From: Tubulanus polymorphus
Lineage: Eukaryota > Animalia > Nemertea
Assembly: GCF_964204645.1 (NCBI RefSeq)
Contig: NC_134026.1
Location: 8,393,950-8,457,949 of the forward strand
Direction: 5' to 3'
DNA length: 64,000 nucleotides
Under the pieces are notes generated by a model, which ran no database searches, was not told the origin of the DNA, and worked only from the letters and a program-made list of their open reading frames with translations. This document shows, piece after piece, positions 54,396-64,000 of this stretch. A program made the position numbers and the translations under genes. Positions within the stretch are counted from its first letter, which is position 1. Each line of letters begins with the position of its first letter.

Positions 54396-55320
54396 CATCA
54401 CCATCAATTCACACAGCCCGTTAAGGATTTACAGGGATAAATCATTAACATTTTGTACCAGCGAACACTGGACTGACGATTCGACTTTATACACCGACAG
54501 AATATCAGCAAATCAGTCGTCATAAACAGATCGCGAATGCTACCTATTTCACCCGCGGGCTACTTCATGTAACCGATCATGACACCTTTCTCTATCCATA
54601 ATGACGATAATCAGGAAAGCCATACAGTAGTGCGTCGTTGTCGGTTACTGTAAGCGAGTTACCAATATCTATCTAAACATATATTGAGAGCTGGTGCGCG
54701 GCTACCCACCTAGCTTCCCTCATCGATTCATAGCAATTTACCCGAGCCGTCTTGGCAGCTCGCTAATGGTCATTCATTTCCAACCTATTTTCTTTCCGCG
54801 CGCCGCTTGTGATAAATGCTACATTGACCCTCATGGTTTTCAATTAGATTTAATGAAACAAATGGCTTCGGTAAGATGTACCAGAGATTTTCGCGGACGG
54901 CGGACGAAATCCTAATCGAAACCAGACAAAACGACAACATCCTTTATCGACGGATACCAAATGACTAGCCGACCTCGCGTTGAACTCAACAAAACATTTC
55001 ATTTGGAACTATTAATTCCTATTGAATTTAGCACTTGTAATTTCAATACCTTATATCCTATATAAATCTGTAGTTCAATTCATTCGATTCACTAGTATTT
55101 CATTCACTCGAAGGATATGATCCCGAAAACATTTGTAGCAATAAACCGTTATTACTCATTGAAAATAAGATATTTATTGTTATCGCTTCTATTTGGCTAC
55201 ATGAACTCTCTACCTGAAGGTTTACTTATTGATTTTGATAAATTATTCATTTCAGTCAACTAAACGGATCATTGCAAGAAGTTGTTTGAATTTCATTTGC
55301 AAGTCATCGATATCGTATTC

Positions 55321-55490
55321 CTATACAAGATTCCTATAGTTGAGTTTTAAAGGCTTTCGAGTTTTATAGTTGAGTTTTAAAGGCTTTCGAGTTTTATAGT
55401 TGAGTTTTAAAGGCTTTTGAATTTTATAGTTGAGTTTTAAAGGCTTTTGAGTTTGATAGTTGAGTTTCATAGGCTTTTGTATATGATAGC
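55321..55490. repeat. 30-bp minisatellite, about 5-6 units
   Basis: tatagttgagttttaaaggcttt(c/t)ga(g/a)ttt repeated. Confidence 0.92.
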
Positions 55491-58190
55491 CGAATAGTTT
55501 TTTTTTCCGAAAAACTGTGAAGTTGGTCAACTTACGAAGCTTATTTCTAGATTGTTTTTAATCGTTCATATATTGGGAAGAACAACATACTGCGCGCCAG
55601 GCAAGTCGAGATTTTCGTATGGCTTATGAATGATTGAATGGTATTTATGGACGGTTCTGAATGTAAGGTGTGGTTGGCACTGAAAACGAATGACAAGTAG
55701 CAGTTGGCTGTTTATTAGAGCACCAATTATCTACGCCGATATTCACCGCCAGTGCACCAGCAAGAAAGTGGGTAAGAAAGCTATTTCGGGGGACTGGTTT
55801 GTGGTCAGATGGTTGGGTTTAACGGTTGCACGCCAATGTTAAGAATGTTGTATCCATACCGTCTGCTATGGTGTTGTAACTACAACCGACGATTTATACA
55901 TCCGCGAGTCAATAATATACCACACCACCGCTGGGTTCGGCAATGTCTATGCGCGCACAGTAAACCATCAACAAGATGGAGAAATCAATAGTATTTCCAT
56001 TCACTGATAATGATTACCTTTATTAGCTACCCACAGCTATGCTGTCGATTTGATTAAATCTACTTTCCTAGCAAGAGAGAGAGAGAGAGAGAATGAGATG
56101 AACTTCTGACATTTTCGAAAATATAAACATTAGCCGTATGGTTTTTTACTATATACGTATGAAGCTTAAGAACGCGTGTTTTTCACAGAAAGCTCTGATC
56201 GAAATCGATACGTACAAAAATATATTACATCGGTGTTAAATCGATGGCGTCTATTGATATGCCTCTCCGCCCCAGAGAACGCCCTACATTGAACTTCTGA
56301 ACATCTGGTTCCCCGTATCTGACTATTGTGTCGTTCATTAATTTAAAAACAAGCTCTGAAGGAAGGCTCGGTGACAGTTGGTCGAAGACTTTCCTCGTGT
56401 CGATGAGATGACACGTGGTACACGGCCGGCGTTTTTTTCCCCTATTCAAAGCGCGAAAGACCCGCGTGGCGCATCCTTCTAATAGATATAGACAGCAGCC
56501 CAAATGTGACCACATTGTATCCATTGTTTTATCGCAACGGCTATACGCAGATGGCGCCCGGTGATCTGCACAGATATACGTTTGAAGTATCTTGAAGAAT
56601 GTCACGGGTGCACGCGCGTGTACAATGAACAAAACACGACGCCCAGTACAGGGGTGGCTCCGTACTGATGCAACGATCCCTTACTGACAGCTGCTGCCAG
56701 AAAACAACAACGATAGTAGATCCATTTGCGTTGTTGTCGTGTCAACTGTCAATCTCTCCGCAACCTATCCCGAAAAAATATACCCGGATTTGCAATAGAA
56801 ATAATATGATCTCTATACAGGACAAGTGCGTCGATATTGCCGATCCACGCATGTTTTAAGAATTCATAATCATAATTTCGAAGAAAATACCAACTAAATT
56901 GCTTAATAAAGGGGAGGGCCGAAACGGAATTTTGCATGCAGAAATGAATATATTACGCATTATTACATATTTCTTGACAAGGCACAGTCTATATTACATA
57001 TTTCTTGACAAGGCGGTTCAAATGACAGAGAAAATAGAGAAATTCAACCGTGTCAAGGTGTCTGAACATCCTTTTGGATATACAGCCTCAACGGCTCTGC
57101 ACGGGCGCCTGTCATCTCATGGTCTGTGATCTATTTTGTTATTATCTATTTTGTATTTTGTTGACATTGAAAATCAACTACTATACTATATTAACCATTG
57201 GAGCACTCAATGCTCCATGGGTTTGAAGAAACTGAATGCCGTGTCTGACATTGATCAGGTTTTTATACAGCCAGTGGGCCTTCAATGAAAAAACTATTTG
57301 CACTCCGCAATATACATTATCTCTTGTCTCTCCAATTATCTATTTGCCACCGCTTGCAGGGAGGCAACGGATAATCTACTTCGAGGTCTATTCTCCTTTT
57401 TTTCCTTACGCAATAATCTCACAATAGCAGTTATTAAATTTCTATTATGGTATTTGAGTGTCGTCGCGTAATTGCTAAATTACTAAAACTAGACTGGAGT
57501 TACATCGGGAGACGACGCGATATTGAAAAGACCCTGCTTTTGATCGCGCAACTTACCAAAGCCCGCAGGCGTTAATTTAAACGCCCGGTAATTTCTACAT
57601 CTATGTCGACGTATGCGCGCCGCCTATACATGATCGTGATATTACGCGACATTTTTCTCGGGCGGATTACGAAAATTATCGCGGCCCCGTAGAAAGCAGA
57701 CGAACGAGCAGGCGAGCGTCACGCCGTGATTTTCATAATTTCCGTGACTCACGAGAAAAAATTCAATCGCGAATAAATCTGATAACTGGCGCGCGTTACC
57801 GACGGTGAGTCACAGACGAATTTAACAACAACGCCGACACCGCCGCCAGAGAAACCATGCCACAACCGCCGAACGAACGACGCAATCTCGTCGTAATAGA
57901 GGTCGCGAAAAGCCGTGGAAAAGGTGAAACAGCCAGCGAGCCGAAAAGACTGTTTCTAAATGCAAACGTAATCCAGGGGGATGAGATATTTTGTCAGCGG
58001 GGAAATGGTATGCATGATGCCGCTAATTCCCAAGTCTTATTCGGGCCGCCCGGCGAATAATGCGTAATTAAGCGCGGCTCGACGCTGTCTCCGACTGGCT
58101 GGACAGTTTCCTTAACACGGCGTACTTCAGCTATGCCTAGTTTTCAAAATCATTGCTTTCTACGAAGAAAGATACCTGAATTGATATTGC

Positions 58191-58511
58191 CAGGGTTCAA
58201 AGTGTCCATGACCGATCTCATTTCATGACTTACGAGGACTTTTTTTAACTCCAATTCCAGGACTTATATACAATCCTTATGTTCGCAATGCCCAGAATAA
58301 TCATTGTTTTCATTGGAGTTGAGATAAATCATCACAGACTAGGGTACTAGACCTAACAATGCTGTGATCTGATATAGATGATAAGCGACCAGCAGCTACA
58401 AATTGCGCGGCAAGGCGATGCCATTCGAGGACCACGACAATGACTTAAGGATTTTACTGCCTCGAATGACCCATTCCCATTTCAGACTTTCAACGACTTC
58501 TATGAACTCTG
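58191..58511. mobile_element. Degenerate hAT-like MITE
   Basis: CAGGGTTCA ... TGAACTCTG ends, internal (a/t)ggactt motifs. Confidence 0.4.
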
Positions 58512-58921
58512 TTCTGTAAGCAGACAATTCAACTCAATTCAACAGACACGTATCTACTCATAACGTGAAGAAATCTCATCTCTATAACGATATTCGAGTT
58601 CAAATCGATCAAATCTCGCGGCGCGTATCCCGAAGGAACTGTCGAAAAATATTCAGCATTCGATAATGAATTTCAATCGAAGAAAAAGCTTTGATTTCGC
58701 ATGTGCACACAGTCACGTACTATAATCAGAAACAAATATGAGCCCATTAGGAAAATATCGATTTTTTAAAGGGTTGTTGATTTCAAGTCGAACAATTCAA
58801 AACGTTCGAATCATAACAGAATTCATCATTCGACAAAACGTTAAAACTTCCGCCATTTTTCATGTTGAGTTTTTCTTCCGTGAGGTTTTTCTAATGTCGC
58901 AAAGAATGTTATATAACTTAC

Positions 58922-58970
58922 CCCTGTTTCTCTGGGTATTTTTGTCGAACATAAGCATACATTCTGTGAC
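58922..58970 (-). CDS. msi: Musashi-family RNA-binding protein, RRM2 exon (VTECMLMFDKNTQRNR-G), most 5' exon found in window
   Basis: Minus strand gttctttcag|GTC ACA GAA TGT ATG CTT ATG TTC GAC AAA AAT ACC CAG AGA AAC AGG G|gtaagt; 49 nt, phase 0 to phase 1; matches the Musashi RRM2 segment V-x-x-x-MLMFDK-x-T-x-R-x-RG; not in the ORF track. Confidence 0.93.
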
Positions 58971-59145
58971 CTGAAAGAACAAAAATATAGTATGATTGAA
59001 CAAACATTTCAAAACGATTTGTTGTACAGTGCATTAAGTTATACCCACTTCCCTTTTTGCATCACAGGAAGTTAACTGTTTTGCAGATTGGCCGGGATTC
59101 AGATTACTAAATCAGTTTTAGCTTAAAAACCCTATATTACATTAG

Positions 59146-59370
59146 GCGCCATCACACAGAGACCATCTGGCCTGGGTCACCAAATAGGTGCAGATCAGGC
59201 CTCGAGTCAAATTAGGTACTAAACGATACTTTAACAAAGTGAAGTGCGCCATCAGAACCGGTACCACCGGTATTAGCACAGGAACCAGTAGCAATTCACA
59301 AGCAATAATTTAACCCGTGCTTAAATTTGTCACCCTTGCGATGTTTTACCCCAAGTTGGCACGCGCCAAA
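59146..59370 (+). mobile_element. Family B fragment
   Basis: caaataggtgcagatcaggcctcgagtcaaatt and ggaaccagtagcaattcacaagcaataatt shared with other copies. Confidence 0.55.
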
Positions 59371-60091
59371 AACATATATCATCTAACTGGTCGAAAAAAC
59401 AGCTGGGCCCTTGTTGCTGGAGATTGGAGGAAGGAGAAAGCTATGGCGGTTCAGGACGCCTACTCCTGCAGTTGAGCAAACCCTATATTTTCTCAACAGG
59501 CTATAGGAGAATACCGAGGCATGTTGAACGAAATATGACCCTAACGCAAAAGTCAGTTGGAAAAGCTGGGCGTCAGCCATTCATTCATTCACTTATTCAT
59601 TCATTCATTCATTCATTCATTCATTCATTCATTCGTTCAGTCATTCGTTAATTTTTTCTCGACAACCAACCACAGGAAAAAAAGGGACAAACACACGGCC
59701 TGACAGCTTTCAGAATTAATATCGCGCTCTTAATCAACGCGATTGTTCGCAACAAACGGTAAAATAAACGACGGGCGAAATTATGATAAATTATAACGAT
59801 GCTAATGGTATCGTTGTACTGAGGGGGGTTTAAGTAATGACCGCGCGCGCGCCGCGATATATGTGCCACCGCCGCCGCCGAAACTAACCGACGATAATTT
59901 TCGAACGAACGATTGCGACAATTTCCGTACGAAGATAATGCGTCATTTGTCGTCGATGACAAATTTAGAAAATGAAATGAAATCACCGCTGACGTCCACG
60001 ATGATATAGGATCATTTCTAGTAGATGCATCAGGCACGCGCTCAGAACTGATATGTCGTTGGCATCGAAATACAAAAATGATACGCCCCCT

Positions 60092-60787
60092 TTCAGGGTA
60101 CGAGCCTTATGATATCACTAGATTGTGCCTCTTCCCTCTCAGGGTACGAGCCTTATGAAATCACTAGACTGCGCCTATCAGGGTACGAGCCTTATGACAT
60201 CACTAGACTGCGCCTCTCAGGGTACGAGCCTTATGACATCACTAGACTGCGCCTCTCAGGGTACGAGCCTTATGACATCACTAGACTGTGCCTCTTCCCT
60301 CTCAGGGTACAAGCCTTATGACATCACTAGACTGTGCCTCTTCCCTCTCAGGGAACGAATCTAATGACATCACTAGACTGTGCCTCTTCCCTCTCAGGGT
60401 ATGAGCCTCATGACATCACTAGACTGTGCCTCTTCCCTCTCAGGGTACGAGTCTAATGACATCACTAGACTGTGCCTCTTCCCTCTCAGGGTATGAGCCT
60501 TATGACATCACTAGACTGCGCCTCTTCCCTCACAGGGTACAAGCCTTATGACATCACTAGACTGTGCCTCTTCCCTCTCAGGGTACGAGTCTAATGACAT
60601 CACTAGACTGTGCCTCTTCCCTCTCAGGGTATGAGCCTTATGACATCACTAGACTGCGCCTCTTCCCTCTCAGGGTACAAGCCTTATGACATCACTAGAC
60701 TGTGCCTCTTCCCTCTCAGGGTACAAGCCTTATGACATCACTAGACTGTGCCTCTTCCCTCTCAGGGTACGAGTCTAATGACATCAC
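60092..60787. repeat. Minisatellite of 46-bp units (three 39-bp variants), about 15.5 copies
   Basis: CTCAGGGTACGAGCCTTATGACATCACTAGACTGTGCCTCTTCCCT head to tail; no unique spacers. Confidence 0.97.
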
Positions 60788-60931
60788 CCAGCCTCCCTCA
60801 CAGGTATCAGAGTCCCAACGTCATTCGTCTATAGTAGAAGGTATTGTCAGCTTTTTGCCTAGTGGAACATGAAATTATCATTATCGTTAAAGGCAATAAT
60901 AACATAAGCAATAATGTACTTATAAACAGAG

Positions 60932-61015
<84 letters not shown>

Positions 61016-61047
61016 GGGAAATCTAAGTGGTCTAAACATATTCATTA

Positions 61048-61180
61048 GGCAATGCTCAACGGTAGGGTTTCGTACTGTGGCAGTCTTCAAGGAGCGAGGT
61101 TCAAATCCCACCAGCTTTGGAACGGATATTACAAGAGGGGAACTGAGCCATATGCCGTAGGAAGACCAGAGTCTGCTCAC
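61048..61180 (+). mobile_element. tRNA-derived SINE head
   Basis: A-box-like tgctcaacggtagg and B-box GGTTCAAATCC (61098-61108); no intact cloverleaf seen. Confidence 0.5.
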
Positions 61181-64000
61181 TCTTCGAATATCAGGTTATA
61201 AATTTCAGTCTCAAGCAGCAGACATTAGTTATTCCGGATCGTATTTCATTTTGAAATGGCATTCGAAACGGCAAAGAATCATGAACGCGATTTTCAATTG
61301 GAATTTCGTCAAAATTTTCAAGGTCGCTTTTTTCTTCAAAATTCATTCAAGATACTTAGACAGGCTAATGCTAACATAATGATAATGGTGTAACAAGCTG
61401 CGTGAATAAAATGCTTCTGACATTCCCGGGTGTGGCCTTTGGGTTGCCTTGATTTTCCTTAAAAGTCAACCTACTAAAAATCAGCAAACGGTTGTCACCA
61501 CAATTCTTCCTTCTCAAATCAGGTAAGAATTTGGACCAATCGAAAATGATTCCAAGTTCCAGTTTCAAGTAAAAATTGCCAACGGATTAAAATATCAAAG
61601 CACGAGCCAATTGGCTAATTGACTACAGACGTTGATTTCAATGTCAGCCTAGAATGTACAGTAGAAGTCTAGAGTAAAAATATCTCATTTTTCTTAAGTC
61701 AATCAAAATCTGCAGAAACAGATCCAGTGTAGACTGTCGGTTTGTTGATACACATGGATAGTACCGTTTGTATGTTTGACCAACACAAGAGAGTAAGTGC
61801 GTAACATTATTCTTGTGAGGACCGACGCGTTTCCTTTTAAAAGCAACGATCTGCAGCAATCAGGAAATGTATCGGAGAAGCTAAGCTGAATAGTTGATTG
61901 ACCGAACGACTCGCTAACCAAATGACAAAGATCCGCGACACACCGACCGAAAGAGACAATACGCGTACATCGAGAAACATACCAAAGACGATTCAACGAA
62001 CCACTTCAAATCACCGGCAAGCGTTCAGCATCGTAAACAGTAGCGGGACTGATAGCATTGCCAGCTCACATGCCGAAAGAACCGAGCTGGTATACCGTAC
62101 ATCCCTGCTTAATCTTTTACAACATCTTGATTATCCGCACACTTTCCATCCGTATTTAGACGATTAGGGCATTCGAAACATTTCGGTTATATATTCATAA
62201 TGTGAAATGAATCCACTAAGTGATATATAGAATATTCATTTATTCGCATGTATTTATCTTCAATTGATGTATATTGCTGCGTAAATAATGATTTTTCATT
62301 CTCTATGCATAACCGAAATTGAAACGGAAAATAAAGATGTTTGATATTCATAACTTTGCTATCAATGTCACTTTGACCTTAGCAAAATAAATAACTTATC
62401 GTAAAATCTTCCTTGAAATAAAGCTATACATATAAACACTTTCTTCTTAATAAGGAAGTTCTTAATAAGGACTTTCCTAAATTTACATGATGGTGCATGT
62501 TGAATCCATATGAAAATTAAACGTCTTAAGTATACTTAACAAAGCATGCGTTCTTCCAAATGTAGTTCCAACAACGAATAAATAACTAAATCAATAAATA
62601 AGCAACGCTTTCCCGACAACATAGAATGAGGTTAGAACCTTTTTCAAGTAAAATATTTTGTACTAAAGGAAGAAAGTGTCATATGCGATAACAAAAGGTC
62701 CATAAGAATGATGATGATGACGATGATGATGATGATGATGATGATGACCAAGGTTTTATACCAATTGAAGCATTTCGTACAGTCCGGCGAGAGCAACGCC
62801 CATATAAGGCTGTTCTGGCACTGCTACAAAACGCCAAGCTCGTCTTTATGAGATACTTTGGCTGCAAGCAAAGAAGCTTCGGAAGAAAATTTGGCGTTAC
62901 ATAATTATAGTCATATGCAAAATGCCTTCGAGGATCATATTGGCAAATACTAAAGAAGTTAAAAATAGCCCGGTTCTTTTGCGCCAAACGTTATTATTAT
63001 ACACCGAGGGATCGGAGATATCGACATTTATAACACCGCAAAAACGATAAAAGAAGAATCAGGGCATGAGAATTCGAATCGAATGCGCGAGACAAAAATA
63101 TTTGAATAAACAACGCATTAATTCGATCGATTGCTTATAATTCGACGAATTCGCGTCATCGTAAGCGAGTAGTAGTAGTTAGCGTTTTGTTCGACCGATA
63201 TATCAAATACCGAATCCGAACGGCGGCCCCGCGCCAAATACGATACTGGCAGCCATGTAAAATTCATACGGCGCGAGAACCGAAAGCAAATATAATGCTG
63301 AAATCTCCCTGCAGGTTTCTGTTTAATTAGTGCTGCGCAAACAACCGCTTCTAATGGAAGTATTATATGAAGCATACAATAACTTCAAATAATAGACTAT
63401 AAATGGGCTGTACGCCAAAGCCTTCGAAAGATCTACGTCTCGCGATGAATTGACGTCGATCGCGGCGTTTACAACCGCAGAACTTTCTAATGTTCTTCTT
63501 CTTCTTCGCACGAATATTTATTTTTCATCAAAATCGCGCTTTTCAATCCTAGTCGCGCGTATCGTTTTCTCGTTTTGAACGGCGCCGCGATATGCCGTGA
63601 CACGCGCGCGTTTTCGTTCTGCTTTCCGTTGTTGAAATATATTTATTCGTTTTTTTTTTCGTCAAAAGTCGACGCCGAGAAGACGTATGCGCCACATAAT
63701 CCATTCATTATTTAGGCCACGATTAAAATCGATCTCGACGCTCGGCATTTTTATTACCTGTTTAGGGTTCAGGTGTGAAAAGGACACTCACCAGACCGGT
63801 TAGTCGTGAACCGTAGTACAAGTCCCCCCTGCAAGCTAGCCGTTAGCTTGCATTAGAATAATAAAAAGGGATTCATTTAACATATGGAAATTCATGTATT
63901 TCATGACAAAAGATATCGATGGAACAATGAAACTTAGTCACTAATAACCAGGGATGGCCATGGGGGTGTTCTTCATTTTTATGGCCAGGGCCATAGGCCG

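Larger units (their letters stand above)
20190..58921 (-). other. 38,732-nt GT-AG intron interrupting the RNP1 glycine codon of RRM2
   Basis: Bounded by gtaagt and ccgcag; flanking exons give the uninterrupted motif NR-G-FGFVTF so no constitutive coding exon is needed between them. Confidence 0.88.

Noticed and set aside
55321-55530. Repeat protein ORF (KPLKLNY)n
   Set aside because: Translation of a 30-bp minisatellite.
20190-58921. Recursive splice sites (AG|GT) in the giant intron, e.g. near 41450, 44654, 46131
   Set aside because: Only weak matches lacking both a good pyrimidine tract and GTAAGT; would need a scored scan and saw-tooth RNA-seq.
60092-60787. CRISPR-like array
   Set aside because: Head-to-tail units without unique spacers, no cas genes, eukaryotic intron.
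61048-61120. tRNA gene
   Set aside because: B-box present but no complete acceptor/anticodon stems; treated as SINE head.
58971-64000. Upstream Musashi exon with RNP2 (KKIFVGGL)
   Set aside because: Searched by eye and not found; presumably outside the window.

Overview
Eukaryotic (invertebrate animal-type) genomic DNA: AT-rich, CpG visibly abundant, full of microsatellites and short non-autonomous transposons. Almost all entries in the ORF track are spurious. The window is the 3' part of one minus-strand, intron-rich Musashi-family (MSI1/MSI2/Rbp6-like) RNA-binding protein gene, read by hand from splice sites. Core exons are 58922-58970 (VTECMLMFDKNTQRNR), 20107-20189 ([28 protein letters not shown]), 19494-19551 (VEAKKAQPKEVMNAHNAQR), 13584-13688, 8671-8790, 7021-7251, 5541-5716 and 626-655 (GALIQSGFH*); all join in frame via GT-AG introns. 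RRM1 and the start of RRM2 were not found and presumably lie beyond position 64000. A 38.7-kb intron splits the RNP1 motif. Most noteworthy: the C-terminal tail is built from symmetric phase-1 exons, with several extra frame-preserving micro-exon candidates, NAGNAG acceptors, a possible alternative last exon and a predicted 3'UTR intron. Introns carry piggyBac-, Tc1/pogo-, Harbinger- and hAT-like MITEs, a HINE-like element, a tRNA-derived SINE head, a 46/39-bp minisatellite and a long (GGGAGAGA)n tract. No prokaryotic-type system, CRISPR array or intact transposase was seen.
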